Shown: positions 25,485-40,600, numbered from the stretch's first letter. The stretch: 64,000 nt of DNA from Carcharhinus longimanus (GCA_030264375.1 JASCQW010000027.1:26760105-26824104), one strand, 5' to 3'. The notes: generated from the letters alone by a model not told the origin. Made by a program: numbers and translations.

Positions 25485-26000
25485 TCTTTCATGGGTTGTG
25501 GGCGCCATTGGCAAGGACAACAATTGATGCCCACCACCGCTAATTGTTGTTGAACTGAATGTCATGTTTGGTCATTTCAGAGGGCAGTTAGGAGTCAACC
25601 ATATTTTTGTGGGTCTGGAGTCACATGTAGGCTAGACCAAATAAAGACAGCAGATTTCCTTCTCTGAAAGACATTAGTGAACTAGAAGGGTTTTTAGAAC
25701 ATTCCAGTGATGTGCAGGTTAAATTGATTGGCTATGCTAAATTGCCCCTTAGTATCCCAAGATGTATATATAGGTTACGAGAATTAGCATGGTAAATAAA
25801 TGGGGTTACAGGGATAGGGTCTGGGTAAGATGCTCTGTTGGAGAGTTGGTGCAAAACTGATGGGCCAAACTGTTTTCTGCACAGTACGTATGTGGAAACA
25901 ATCGATGATAGTTTAATTGCTAACATTACTGAGTTGAGCTTTCAATTCTGCATTGTTTCATTAAACTGGATTTGAATGGCACCAGATGTCATGGTGGGAC
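25485..26000 (-). mobile_element. SINE sharing its tail with the 24440 LINE family, interrupted by an HE1 fragment (plus strand, 25708-25890)
   Basis: cagagggcagtt.agagtcaacca..gtgggtctggagtcacatgtaggc..cagatttccttc; sense copy at 47590-47777. Confidence 0.7.
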
Positions 26001-27220
26001 TTTTTCATTTTATGCTAATTGTAATTCCAGTCAGTGGAAAGTTTTCCTCTCAGTTCCTATTGACTTAATTTTACTAGGGCTTCTTAGTGTCACTCAGTCA
26101 AAGGTTGGTTGATGATACTCTCCCTTTATCTCTTGAGCTTAACTCCTCTGTTTAGATCAAAGCTTTAATGAGACCTGGAGCCATGTGGTTCAGGCAGAAA
26201 ACAAAATGAACATCAGCGAACAGGTTAATTGCCACTTGATGGCACTGCCGATGACACCTTCCATCACTTTGTTGATGATTGACAGCAGACTGATGACAGG
26301 CTATCAAGCCCGAAAACCTCTGCACTGGCAAAGTGATTTTGCACACTCACCTGGTGCTGAAGTTGCATGCTCAGATGTTTCCTGCTTATCAACTGGCACC
26401 GCAAAATTATCTGTGCTTGGCCCCAAGGTCCTCTCTGACCAGATCTGCAACTGATGCAAGGGTAACACAGCTCTTAACAAGTTTGAACACAATAATGGCT
26501 CCATGCAGAATATATGCTCCTGATTCTTGGTTAGTCTTGAATAAGTTGGTTGCAACTGGGCTGCTGCAATGGTCACAGTGGCCCTGGGCTGGGGGAATGG
26601 AGGGAAAATAGCCAGTGCTCCGGATCCTGATCATTATCCGCAACTTGCTGGGAAACATATGAATTCACAGCCGGTGAAAAGGGGAAAGAATTCAGCTATA
26701 ATGATCCTCAAAGAGATAAAAGTTCAATACACTCAATGATACACCCACTTCCTCAAAGTATAATCCATTGTTTTCCCAGTTGTTCAGACACAAGTCAATA
26801 GGTACACAATTTATTGTCTGACCTCATTAAAAATGAAGACTTCAAATATAAATCTCTGTAGATACATTTTATGTTTGACTGTTTCAAAAAAAGTAACTAA
26901 TTCACAAAATGTTAATATTGTTCCTTTAATATCTATTTCATACTTGAAATTAAATCTAGACTTTAATTTTTGCAGCACAAAGAGGTGCATTTACTTTTCT
27001 GACAACAGGGTCCATATATTGCATTTGTTCAGAATTCGTCCAGCAGCAATAAAACACCAAAATGAAAACCCAAACATTTATTAGTTTTAGATGGTGCATT
27101 TTCCATCCTCAAACATGCCTGACTGTCTAAATTGACTAGACATCCCTCATGTGCAAGCTTAGATGAGAGCTTGCAGGCCTTTGAACTTAAAAGCACATCC
27201 TCATCCACCATCTCTGTATT

Positions 27221-27535
27221 TCATAGAATTCCTACAGGAATTCCTGCAGGAGGGCAGCCATTTGGCCCATCAAGTCTGCAGCAACAATAATCCCATCTAG
27301 TCCCTTTNNNNNNNNNNTATGGATTTATTTTACAGTCCCCCTGACAATAAGGCATAATTCAGTATGGCCATTCAACCTAACCTGTATATCTTTGCACTGT
27401 GGAAGGAAACCGGAGCACCCGAAGGAAACTCACGCAAAGACATGAAGGACGTGCAAATTCCATACACTCAAGACCGAAATTAAACCTGGGTCCCTGGCGC
27501 TGTGCGACAGCAGTGCTAACCACCATTCTGCCATG
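27221..27535 (-). mobile_element. HE1-type V-SINE, near full length
   Basis: Head cagcagtgctaaccac, V-domain ggaaaccggagcacccg.aggaaac, CR1-like tail. Confidence 0.85.
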
Positions 27536-28001
27536 CAAAATATACATCAGTGATTAGGGGGGAGGCACCCTGCTGATTTCACCTATGCCCCTTTCCATCA
27601 TCAGATCAGAAACTATCAACTATAGTCACCGCACAAGCACCCTCCCCCAAATCCCTTGTTCAAAACTGTCCCCCTCCCACCCAAAACTGGGGGCCTCCCA
27701 CATACAAGGCTCAGCGCCGCACTGCATATTTATTTAATAAGCCACCAGGGAAGCTCTCAATGCTTTTTCCTTCACCAAAATACAGTACAATCATTATCAC
27801 AAAAATGTTACTTTAAAAAAAAACTGTTTTTCTAAGCTCTTCCAATTAAAATAAAACCATGCTGGAGTTCACAATTCGACTTTGTATTTTAGCCAACACT
27901 GNNNNNNNNNNNNNNNNNNNNNNNNNNNNNNNNNNNNNNNNNNNNNNNNNNNNNNNNNNNNNNNNNNNNNNNNNNNNNNNNNNNNNNNNNNNNNNNNNNN
28001 N

Positions 28002-29025
28002 TCAGCAAATTTACTAACCCACCCTTCAGCCCCCTCTTCCAAGTCATTGATAAAAATCACAAATAGCAGAGGACCCAGTACTGATCCCTGTGGTACACCG
28101 CTGGTAACTGGTCACTGGTCTGAAAATTTTCCCTTCACCACCACCCTCTGTCTTCTGTGAGACAGCCAGTTACTTATCCAATCTGCCAAATTTCCTTCTA
28201 TCCCACACATCCTTACTTTCTTCATGAGCTGACCATGGAGAGCCTTATCAAACACCTTACTAAAATCCATGTATATGACATCAACTAGTCTACCTTCATC
28301 TACACACATAGTTACCTTCTCAAAGAATTCAATCAAATTTGTGAGACAGGACTTACCCCTGATGAAACCGTGCTGACTATCCCGGATTAAACTGAATCTT
28401 TCCAAATGTTCATAAATCCTATCCCTCAGGACCCTTTCCATAACTTACTGACCACCAAAATAAGACTAATTGGCCTATAATTACCAGGGTCATTCCTATC
28501 TCCTTTCTTGAAGAGAGGAACAACATTTGCCACTCTCCAGTCCTCTGGCACAATCCCCGTGGGCAGTGAAGACCCAAAGATCAAAGCTAAAGGCTCCGCA
28601 ATCTCATCCCTTGCCTCCCAAAACATCCTATGATGTATCCCATCTGGCCCAGGGGACTTATCGGCCCTCAGGTTTTTCAAAATTGCTAACACGTCTTCAC
28701 CTTCCATCCTATCAGCCTGTATCACACACTCATCCTCAAAAACATGGCCCTTCTCTTTAGTGAGCACTGAAGGAAAGTATTCATTCAACACCTCACTTAT
28801 CTCTTCTGACTCCATGCACAAGTTCCCACTACTATCCTTGACTGGCCCTAACCTCACCCTGGTCATTCTTTTATTTCTCACATAAGAGGAAAAAGCTTTG
28901 GGGTTTTCCTTTATCCGACCTGCCAAGGACTTATGATGCCTCCTCCTAGCAATCCCAAGCCCTTTTTTTTAAACTCATTCCGAGCAACCTTGTAATCTTC
29001 AAGGGACTCAACTGAACCTTGTTTT
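28002..29025 (-). mobile_element. CR1 LINE ORF2 RT fragment
   Basis: [86 protein letters not shown]. Confidence 0.95.
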
Positions 29026-29101
29026 TATGTCAGTATTACTATGGTCTGTACTCCTTTAAGTAGTCCATTCATGTTCCTTCAAAGTTAGTTTTTAAGGTAC
29101 T

Positions 29102-29216
29102 GGGGAAATTTTCCTGTCCAGCCCGCCACAGGAATCGCAGTGGACCACACAAAGCTCTTTTGACCTTGAACAGGATTTTTCAGTTTTGGGGCGAATGCGA
29201 CTGGAAAATCCCACCC
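29102..29216. mobile_element. Short MITE-like element
   Basis: Termini ggggaaattttcc / ggaaaatcccaccc; homologous to 10620-10743. Confidence 0.6.
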
Positions 29217-29493
29217 AACTGACTTAGATATTTCTCCTTTTATTTCTCACTCTAACCTAGCTCTGTTGAAATCAAGATTTGCATCTCTTTCTTTCACAAA
29301 CTCAAAGCTGTGGAACTCCTTTCATTTCCCTCCTTTCACAATCTTCAAGCTTTTAAAACCTAAGCTTGACATTACCTCAGTACTTCTCATTTCTTTTGGT
29401 TTCCTTTTAATCTTCTCAGCTGTGGTGTGACATTTTGTATTATGGGCTACGGCCCTTCACTTTTCTGAGTGAAGAAAACTGCTTTGTTATTTA

Positions 29494-29795
29494 AAGTTTA
29501 AAGTTCATTTATTCATCACGAGTAGGCTTACATTTGCACCACAATGAAGTTACTGTGAAAATCCCCTAGTCACTAGAGTCTGACACCTGTTCGTGTGCAC
29601 TCAGGGAGAATTTAGCATGGCCGATGCACCTAACCAGCATGTCTTTGGAGTGTGGGAGGAAACCTAAGCATCCAGAGAAAATCTATGCAGACATGGAGAG
29701 AATGTGCAAACTCCACCCGGACAGTAATCCAAGCTGGGAATCAAACTCAGGTCCCTGGCACTGAGAGGCAGTAGTGCTAACCACTGTGCTACTGT
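29494..29795 (-). mobile_element. V-SINE, type-B tail, full length
   Basis: aaagtttaaag..agtaggcttaca..aatgaagttactgtgaaaatcccctagtc..ggcagtagtgctaaccactgtgc. Confidence 0.88.
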
Positions 29796-30699
29796 TCATT
29801 GCTTTGGTGTAGCAGTTTGTTATCAGTCAAGCTATACAGTGACAGTGCTATTGACAGTGAAAGGAAACTAAGTCTGTAACTTAACCAATTGTTTCTAAAC
29901 CCAACTATTAGCTTTAAGTAATTCACTCAAATACTACGCAAGAGTCACTCCATTGATTTCCATTTGTCGTGGTGGAGAGGCTTGTGCACTCCCTTGAGTG
30001 ATGCCAACAAGATTCCCTTGCACCAAAGTTGGGCTGGAAAAAGGCAGAACAAAGTGCAATCCAGAAGGCGCTCAGCAGCAGAACAGACGATGGAAGATTG
30101 TTCATCTCACAGGCTGGGAAGGTGCAGCAAGGCTACAGTGGCAAAGGTGGTTTTGACAGATCACCAAAATCTAAGCAGCTTTAGTCAAATTTGTGTGAGT
30201 GAAGTTTAAACCTGGTCCTCGGGGCACAAGCTTCTACCAGGCCCCTTCTGCCATGTCTTTTGGTGATGGAAGATTGGGAAAGAGACCAGGCGTGGGAATC
30301 TGGGAATTCCTATTCAAGATATGTGACAGATGCATTAAGCTCACTGAATACCAGTGTTGAGACAGAAGTGGCCTTGGGCACTTGGCCGTGACTTGAGCAA
30401 TCCTCTTCATGACAAAGTTCACTGGGTCAAGAAATTGGCCTGCTCAATCACAGGAAGGCCCATGGCAAAAAGTTACAACCCTGAGTCGACATCACATTTG
30501 AATCGAGGGACAGCCAATGACAATTTGATACTTAATGTTATATGTGTAATTATTATTTATAAAGGGTTTGAACAAGTTCACTGAAGTTTAAAATTATCTT
30601 TTTGCACCCAATATGTTGTGCAATAAAATGAGAAACAAAATATAGTCATAAGTGTATAAAGTTAGTTTGTTTCATTAAATTCATTAAAAGAATTCATTA

Positions 30700-32930
30700 A
30701 AAGCATCCTAATAGTAGGAGAAAATGGTGGGGCAAAAGTGAGGAACTTAAGACAACTATCACAAGAATCGATAAGCAAACTTATGGGACGAAAAGACTAA
30801 CAAGTCCCTGGAGCCTGACTGCCTGTAGCTTAAAATCCTAAAAGAAATGGCTGCGGAAATTGTGGATGCATCTTCCAAAATTCCTTTGATACTGGAAAGG
30901 TCCCAACAGATTTGAAAACCGCAAATGCAATGACCCAATTTAAAAAAGGGAGATAAAGTTTATAAGTTTAGTTTGTTAGTGTCCCAAGCAGACTTACCTT
31001 AACAATGCAGTGAAGTTACAGTGAAAATTCCCAGTCACCAGACTCTGGTGTCCATTTGGGTATACTGAGGGAGAATTTAGCACGGCCAATGCAGCTAACC
31101 AGCACCTCCTTCAGACTGTGGGAGCAAACGCATGCAGATATGGGGGAGAACGTGCAGGCTCCACAGACAGTGACCCAAGCCAGCAATTGAACCCTGGTGC
31201 TGTTAGGCAGCAGTGCTAACTACTGTGCCACCCCACCAGCAGGGTGTGTAAAGGAGAACCAGGAAATGTAATGGATTTGAATTTTCAATAGGCATTTGGT
31301 AATGGGCCACATAAAAGGTTACTACGCAAAATGAAAACTGAATATATCACATGGATACAGGATGCCAAACTAACAGGGAACAGAGAATTGAGGCAAATTG
31401 GTCACTTTTGGGATGTCAAACTGTGGGATTTTGCAGGAATCAGTGCAAGTGCCTTAACTATTTGAGTTGTTTTCCTGGGGCAAAAAAAGGATATTGAGGG
31501 AGTTTTGACTGAAATGTGCAAGATGATTAGAGGTTTGTAAAAGGTAGACAGGGGAAGAAACTTCCCACGAGCTAATAGTACAAGGTCTTGGAAACACAAA
31601 TTTAAGGCTTTGGGCAACATATTCAGAGGGATTGTGGAGAAGAACTTTATTATGTATCAAGTGATAATGATCTGAAAAACACTGCCCATGAGGGTGGTGG
31701 AAGCTGAAATGATCAATGATTTTAAAGGAAATTGGATGGACACTTTAAGGAAATAAACCTGCAAGGCCATCAGGAGCGAGCAAGAGATTGGGACTGACTG
31801 GATTACATCGCAGAGAAAGGGCATGGACTTGATGGGCTTCATGGCCTCCACTACACTGTAAAAGATCCATGACTCTCAATATTATATAATTTGAGGGATC
31901 AAGTGCAGTGTAGCAAAATTTGCTGACACAAAAATTAAGAAAGGAAGTTGTGAACAGAAAATAAAGAGTCTACAAAGGAATATAAATAGGTTAGTAATGT
32001 TGTTTGATGGGAAAAATAGAAAAGCAGAGTATTATTCAAGTGAAGAAAGACTATAAAATGCTGTAGTAGAGGGATCTGGGTGTCCTTGTACATGAATCAC
32101 AGGTTAGCATCCAAGTTCAGTAAGTAATTAGGAAGGCAAATGGGATATGGGTCCTTAATGCAAGGAAGTGTTGGAGGTTGCACCAACATTTACTGCATAC
32201 CACTTTGGATACCTAATTTAAGCAAGAAAATTCTTGTGTTGAAGGCAGTTCAGTGAAGATTCCCTCAGTTGATTCCTGGGAGGAAAGGGATTATCTTACA
32301 GAATACCTACAGTGCAGAAAGAGGCAGTTCGGCCCATCGAATCTGCACCGACCACAATCCCACCCAGACCCTATTCCCGTAAACCCACATATTTATCCTC
32401 CAAATCCCCTGACACTAAGGGGCAAATTAGCATGGCCAATCCACCTAATCCACAAATCTTTGGACAAGATATATGAAAATACTGTTTGTNNNNNNNNNNN
32501 NNNNNNNNNNNNNNNNNNNNNNNNNTGCTCAATGGAATTTAGAATAATGAGAGGCGATCTTATTGAAATATATTATTGAAGGAGTTTGATGGGGTAAGAT
32601 TCAGAGGATGTTTTCTCTCATTAGGAAGTCTGGTACAGAGCACACTTTTCGAATAAGGTGTCTCCCATTTAAGATGAAGATCAGGATGAATTTCTTCTCT
32701 CAGAGGGTCATGAATCTTTGGAATTCTCTTTCCCAGAGAGATGTGGAGGTTTGGTCGTTCTTAATGTTGAAATAAGACAGATTTTTGAAATTTAGAGCAA
32801 TCAAGGATTATGGGCAACAGGCAGGAAAGTGGAGCTGAGGCCAAGATCTGATCAGTCAATTATTTATTGAATAGCAGTGCAGACCCTTAGGCCAGTATGG
32901 CCTACCCCGGATCTGATTCCTTATATTAAG
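30700..32930 (+). mobile_element. Old CR1 RT remnant with nested insertions: type-B SINE 30955-31235 (minus), CR1 tail 31505-31875 (plus), HE1 32296-32465 (minus)
   Basis: aagtccctgga.cctga, aaatttgctgacacaaaa, EFRIMRGDLIE, CR1 3' UTR. Confidence 0.82.
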
Positions 32931-33384
32931 AACATTTCCTCACTCAAATGAAAAATTTCAATTGAATTTTGCTCACAGAAATTTAATATTTTCACCAACA
33001 TCCTGAAAAAAATCTTGAAGTACTTTCAGCTCTCTCCCTTCTCCATTCATTTTCATTTTTTTTTAAGAATTCCTATTCATTTCTTCTCCACACTTCCTTT
33101 GAAACATGGACAAGCTGCTGGAGCACAGCTCAATTGACATGGATCTCCTGACAATACTTCAGCCAGACACCATTATTCATGCATGAATAATGAGTATAAG
33201 TAGAATATTTGATCACCTGGGGGATCACAGCCAAGAACAATCCTGCCCTCTCACCTAGATCCATACATAAAAATTACAACACAAAAATAGGTCTTGTAGC
33301 ACTGTTTGTGTTTATTGTCCACTTGAACAGCACTCCTCCTCCATGTGACTGCAGTGTGGCTTTCCAGCAGTGGTTACAGGCGAT

Positions 33385-33682
33385 AAGATGGCATAGCGGT
33401 TAGCAGCGCTGCCTCACGTTGCCAGGGGCCCGGGTTTGATTCCCATCTTGGGTCACTGTGTGTGCAGAGCTTGCATATTGTCCCTGTGTCTGTGTGGGTT
33501 TCCTTTGAGTGCTCCGGTTTCCTCCCGCAGTCTGAAAGACATGCTGGTTCAGTGCATTGGCCATGCTGAATTCTCCCTCAGTGTACCCAAACAGGTGGCA
33601 GAGTGTGGTGACTAGGGGATTTTCATAGTAACTTCATTACAGTGTCAATGCAAGCCTACTTGTGACACTAATAAACTTTAAA
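33385..33682 (+). mobile_element. V-SINE, type-B tail, full length
   Basis: tRNA head, V-domain, tail actaggggattttcatagtaacttcatt..aagcctacttgtgacactaataaactttaaa. Confidence 0.88.
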
Positions 33683-36600
33683 CACATCAAAAAAAAAACA
33701 GAGCACAGCGCCATGTGTTACCTCAACATAGATGTGGGATCAAAGCTGTAATCTTCTTAAGTCTTGATGGTTCAAGTACTCAATGATGGTGAAGCATCAC
33801 TAATAACATTTCTACATTTTGCATTCAATATTGGTCCTGCATTTTCAGTAACATCAAATTTCAAGTAGGAGCCACGTTCTGGGGATAGCTACCAGTAAAA
33901 ACTTAATTTGTCACTGATGCTGAATGTTTCCATCAAACAATCAAACTTCCTGCACATAAAGACAACTACAACTAGAATCATAATGAAAACATATCTTCTC
34001 CTCATTTATAAAATCCTTTTTGGGAGATGACCATTTTGACATAATTTATTTAGGGGTATTGTAGTAAATACCCCATAATGCAGCACAGAAATTCAGCAAC
34101 CTAAGTTCCAGTATCTTAATAATAATAATTAGATAGAAAGGTGCATTAAAAAAGGACAGGAGAAACATTTTCAAAATTAAGAGGAATCTACACTAATACA
34201 GCTATAAACTCAGAATATCTTGGAGTTATTTGCAATTACAGAAGCTACTAATCATTGCCTACAACATTTTACATCAAGGTATCATTTCTTATGTTGACTA
34301 TCAGTTAACCTTTCGAGGCACAACTTTTAACTGTACAATGAATTGCTCAGGTAGTAACACTTCATTCTTAAATAGTGTTTCGTAACAGAAGTAAAGTAGC
34401 AATTAAAATACATTTTAAAAGGCAGGCAATTTCTTCGGTTGTGATTTATGTTGTTAAATAGCGTCAGACTGGCACTTATAAAACGTTAGAAGGTTAGTAA
34501 ACATTTTCAGGATCTTTACCATGGAAATGTTTCATGTTGCCTGGACTTAAATGGAGCCCTTTTCTCCCCCCAGATGGTGACAACCCGTGAAGAAAGGCAT
34601 TTAAAACAATGAATAACTTCAAGGGCAAAGGACCACACTCGAAAGAGAGGGTTGAAGTGCTACTACGGAGCCGGTGTTAACGGAACACAATTAACATATG
34701 CAAATGCTTAATGAAGCTAGACCTTTGACAAAGTGTAGAGCAAATATTTAAATCATTTTATGACAGGAACAGCTCCAAATGTCTTATCAGCATGGGAGCT
34801 TTATCCATTTTATCTCATCAAAGGGGGCTGACAGTTTAGTTGGATGCTCTGTGGGAAGCCAAATACCCAGATCTTCAAAGAATGATAGTGTCAACCAGAT
34901 CTGATCCAGGATCAGTTAAACATACTTTCTAAAAAAAATTGGCATTCCCCAAATACTTGCAACTTTTAAGTAGAACCAAGCTAATCTTTCAAGAGCTTGA
35001 TATAGGTTTTACGTGCAGCGTTCCGTATAAATAAGAATTTCGTGGAATAACAAGTCCTTTCTGATAATTTAACTTAAAAGAATATCTTATTTAAGTTTGC
35101 AACTACTTTGAAAGCTTCACAGCATCTTCCCAAACCCAGGTTTACATTCAACAAACTGAAGCTTCATTTGTTCTTGCAAATAGAAAATCCCAAGGAGAAC
35201 AAAGCCTTAAATGAAAAGGATTAATTACCACACAGCATTTTGTTTCTCAACAGTTGAAAAACAGTTCTAAAAGAGAAGGCACATGTATGCAAATATCATC
35301 ACGCAAAATGAGGAACAAAAGAACAATTTAAGCAACAACAATAAGAAATGTGAACTTGTTTCCAATGTGGGAAATGTGCAAGCAAAAAGCAAAAGTCTGT
35401 TAGAATATATTCCCTTGCATTTTTAGACAGTGACTCAATAATCTGGTTTTAAAGCCATCTAATTTTCCACACACTTTATTGGAAACAAGTGCTGCAACTG
35501 GACAGATCACATTATCACTTAAGATCTCAATGTCAACGTTTATTTAATTCAATTCACAACCATTTACATTTTAATTTCAGATATACTCTGCTCCCCCTCC
35601 TATTAATGCATTTCCCCCACCATATTTAAAAACATTATTTATAGGTTTTAAACAAGATAGTTGAAACCATATCATTTTGCTTTCATTGTGCTAATAGTCA
35701 CTTTTCCAAATTTCAGTGCTTTAGAATATAACTATAAAATAGAAAAAAAAATCCAAGGTACATTAAAACAAAAGCAGCTTGATTTATCTGTTTCCTAGCA
35801 ATAAATGTTTAATTTCCATAAAGTAGTACAACCAATAAAAGAAAATGACTAACAGTTTTTGATATGAATAAACAGGTTTATAATATTTTTAGAAATTCAG
35901 CAATTTACACATATTCAAACAGCTGACTGTGCTGATCAAAGAAGTTATCAAAATGTAATTGCAAAATATGACGTTTTATGAGCTTCCTATGCCAGATCTA
36001 CAAATTAAATTCTGATTTACAGTTTCCTGTAGTTTATCTTACAAAAACCAGCAGTGTTAAGACAACACAGAAGGACCAATGTTCTCCACAAAAAAAATCA
36101 ATAGATTGAGTATACTGATTATTGCTGCTGCCCACAAGTGTATTTTTACAATTCATTCAGCCATCTTGATGATATGTTTGCCCTCACTTGGAATCAACAT
36201 GTCAGGATTATGTTCTTACTACAANNNNNNNNNNNNNNNNNNNNNNNNNNNNCAAAAACCAACAGTGATACACATTCAGTAACACAACCAATAAATTTAA
36301 ATTTTCAATTTCTGAGCAAACATTATGGAAAATGAATTGGTAAATTTGGAGTGTAATCTTTCAGTTATTTTAAAATCATAAACCATCCTTGTATTTTTAT
36401 GCATTGGGATGTAAAGTCAATCCTTATAATCAATAAAACTCTACAAATTTGACTTAACTAATGATCACATACAACACATTTTTCTTTTCAAAATAAAAGC
36501 CTCTGATATATTTTAGAATTCAGAATAGCAGCATTTGTGATTTTATACAATTTAATCAAACTTATCAAAGTTAGGAGCTGCAACAATATGTGTACAAACC

Positions 36601-37279
36601 TTCATTACATTGTGAAATGTGGTAGCCATAGAATACAATGTTTCTTGGTTTTAAACTGAATTAAAAGGCTGATTATCCAGGCTTACCTACGCTGTGGAAA
36701 TGAGATGACCACATGTCTCAATATTAGTGCATCCAATTCAAATATTTTTATGTTTCTTGTAAAGAAATATCAGGGGAAAGCTCTCTCTGTGGTGATATCA
36801 CATCACAAAATGATTCAACAGATTGGGGAATTTTAAAAAGCCCATTAATATTTATTTTCCAGTTTAATTGCTACATATTATGAATATATTGTGGTTAGCC
36901 AGATAATACTTTAAACACCTCCAATCATAAGGAAACTCTCAGTAGCCCATTACAACTTCCATCACTGATTATCTGTTCAATTATCTTATTTCATAACTTG
37001 ATATTCTGCATTTCTATTTCTGCACAATAAAAATGACCAAATGTTAAAAAACACACAAATGAGAGTCGTCAGTTTGTCATCAGATTCCGAAACTATACTA
37101 AATAAAGACAGGCAGATAATAAAATGTAGTTATTTACCGTACTAAGATTCTGTATACATCATATATTTGATTATACATTCTTAGTTATTTTTTAAAGGCT
37201 ACTATTAAATTATTGATAGTTACTTGCTACATTCAATATTATTCTGCAATATAGTTTTCTATTTTCAGAATTCTCTTTC

Positions 37280-37610
37280 TTGGCTTGTGCTGGATTTGTT
37301 GATCTCAGCTAGGATAGTGCCAGAAATGGCCTAAGCAACCTTTTGGTTGAAAGGTGGTGGCGGGGAGCATGGATAAAATTCTCTCATTCCTTATCACAAT
37401 CCAATAATCCCTGTTGTTTGGGAGGACAGGTGTAGAGTTAGATATGGTGTCTTCCATAGTTGGAGAGTCTGTTGGCATTTAATGTCTAAACAAATGCAAT
37501 AGTCATCGTGATGAGATATCAGAGGGTCCCTTGCAACATGGATCCAGACCAGAGCAAGGGGGTCAATGCCTTCAGGGGCTCAGAAGGGAGGGGCAGGAAG
37601 TAAAATTGCA
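37280..37610 (+). mobile_element. Ancient tRNA-SINE (AmnSINE2-like)
   Basis: gtgctgg..tgatctcagct.gg..tggcct.ag..gaggacagg..gtcaatgccttcagg. Confidence 0.5.
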
Positions 37611-40600
37611 AAGTAGATTAGCAAGAAAAAACTCGATATCCGAAATGGATATTCCATTGTTACATTTTAAACTTTTTTCTTATTATAAGCATCTTTAAAA
37701 ATAATGGATGTACGAAACATTGTTTTGTAGCCAATCTTCGTATTGTGCTTCTTGCATTTATTGTACAATTGTAGCCAATTTTTGTATCATCCTTCTTGCT
37801 TTTATTTAACAATCATTTTAAGGAACATGTCTCTGTATTCCTTGTTATTTTTGTATATCATCAGGGCATTATGTTAACATCCTTTTGAGGTAGATTAATA
37901 ATTTTTAAATGTGAATTAAAATGTTGAAAAATAACTCAAATATTTCAAAGTCAAAAAAAACATTTTGGCAAGTTATAACTAAAGCACAGATTTATGTGTT
38001 TGAATGCTTCTGAGAAACTTAATTTTATAGGTTTAATTTCAGCAGACTTATTCAATGTACGAAAAAATTCAATCATTTTTTATGCCATGACAACAAAATA
38101 CTAAAAATTTTTAAACCCTTTTTAAAAAAGTCAAGGCGAAATACCAGTACATGATTCAAAAGACAGTTACTATCAAAATTAAAACATTAGATAAATAGTT
38201 GGTTCATACATCTCTCTAGACCATTTCATAGAAAGAATGTAAGTTTGAACATGAAACCTTGAGCTAGAGCAGTACAAGCATAAAAAGTGTTCAAAAGTCT
38301 ATTTCATCTGCACATCTTAAGTTCAAATGCAAAAAGCAAATCAAATTTACATGAATTACTTAGAAAATGTTTTGTGTTTGAGGCTAATGGTTAGGAGTAT
38401 GCAAATGATATGGTATTCAATAGTAGCAGTTGCACCATCCTAAATGCAGTTCAGATTGTTTCTTTCCTGGCTAATTACCTTTGGCAATAGATTATTTTAA
38501 ATTACATGCAGGTCTTACAATAATTTATATTTTAAAATATAGTTTTATGTAATAGGCTACTTTCAATTCAACACCCCACTCCCCCACATTCTTCATCCCC
38601 TTTTCTTGTTTATACTACAACTAAGAAATCCACATAAATAATACATTTTTACTCCATCAATTTTAAGATATCAAACATGAAGCTTAACTACAGGTGATCT
38701 GTTGGTTATATTCAGTTAAGTTTTGTGAAGATGTTTGCACAAATGGGTGAAAACTAGGAGTTATTTAATTCTCATAAAGGAACATTTAAATAGTCATCTT
38801 TCGAAAAGGGGATAACTTGAAAAATACATCCTGAGGTTTTGAAAGTATCAAGATGCATTAAACAGTTCCAAATTCAAAAATGCAAATATTGCTTTAAAAC
38901 CTGCCCCTTTCAATCACTTGAATGTGGAATAAATGTCCAAGAATACAGGATGACAGCTCTACAGAAGGCCTACAGAGACAATAACAATTACTGCAAAACT
39001 GGCAAAAAAAAAATGCATCTTTTTACACCAGCACAGAATCTTTTGAACAATTGGATGCCCTTAAATACGTTTGTTTAAAAAAAATGCATATGCCCACTGT
39101 GTTAACTAATAATGTTATTCATCTCATAGGACAAACAGATAAATATGATTTCACATAACACTCATTTATGCAACTTATTTAATTTGCGAAACACGTGCAA
39201 CAGTTCCAACTAAAATCCATTGGAACACATGGCGAGGGGAGAGGGAAGGCTCTTACATGGCAGCATAACCAGAAAGAGGCATTATCGGAGCGGAATCCTT
39301 AGATATGTAACGATTCAAACCATTCCCAACAAATAATTCCGTCCAACAAAAGACAATTTGCTTCCTTATAAACCATGAGTTTACAATTCAAATGTCGTTG
39401 AGCCATTCTAATAAACGCAAAGCACACGTTTGTGTCTTAAAACAGATCTGAAGATGTGGAATATCATTTTGAGGAGGGGGTAGAATCGAACTCTTAACTG
39501 GTTTCTGGCCACAGCCGAGCCCTTACGTTGAGGCAGAAACAAAAATTTATTTTTGCCCTCCCCCCAAAAAGAAAATGCTAATTGTATTAAATTAGACAAG
39601 AAACATTAACTTAAGTAAAGACTCGAATGGAGATTTGAAGCTCGCCTCTGTGGTGGCAACAGTCCTGAGCGAAGCATGCAACAGGAGCACGAGGGTGCCA
39701 AGCAGCTCAGCCCAATCCCTTTCCTTCTCCTGAGCTTGCAGCTGCCTTTTGGGTCTGTAAAGCAATCTTACGAGGTCGTAAACCCACGCTTAACGACCCA
39801 AGGAAAGGTTTAGAGAAAGGAGAAAAGAGGGAACGGAGAAGAAATCAGAGCTTCCGACTGCATACAAGCATTGGGAAGGGGCTGCTATAGGAGACCAGGG
39901 ACATGTAGCTGCACTGTGGTCACAACCGGTTTAAGAGTTCGATTCTCTATGCCTTCCCAAAACATTCTATTTCTCACCTTCAGATCTGTTTTTTGTCAGT
40001 TGGGGGGTGGGGGTGGGGGGGGGGGCGGTGGGATCGAGGCTGGCTGCAAAGTATCTAGTCCCATCTCTCTGTGTACCTAGCTCTCCATTCTAAAAAAAAC
40101 ACTCGTTGGTAAGACAGTGGACAGACACCTCGCACGGCCTCATATCAATAATCCAAAAGTTTCATTGACTAAAGTAATTACTCCTCCAGATATCTTCCGA
40201 AGCCAATTGTCACACAAATTAAAAGGGGCAACAAATAGAGGGGGAATTCCTATTTCACTCCCCAAGATTTATAAGAAAACGCAGTTAAATAAACAGGGGG
40301 GTTGCATTTCAAAGCATTCCGTCTCATAAATAGAATAGGGGGGATTGCTACATGTCAATATCCGTTCCTCTCTCGATATTTCCCCGTATAACAGTGAGCC
40401 CAGCATTTCCGGGTTTCACCTCTGACCTCCACAAACAAATCGTTAGTTTGATATTAGCAACCGGCAGAGCAAAACGTGCGTATGCGCCTTCCCCATTCAA
40501 CTTCATTTATTCACCGCACTTCCTCCGTCGCTGTGTATTTTTTTAAAAAAATATATAAACATATCGTTTGCACACTCACCCCGCACGGATAAAAAACATT

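Noticed and set aside
18346-37812. Short tandem duplications (18346-18378, 22380-22408, 22715-22758, 30671-30703, 37725-37812) as an array
   Set aside because: Isolated two- or three-copy slippage events with unrelated units and no repeat-spacer structure.
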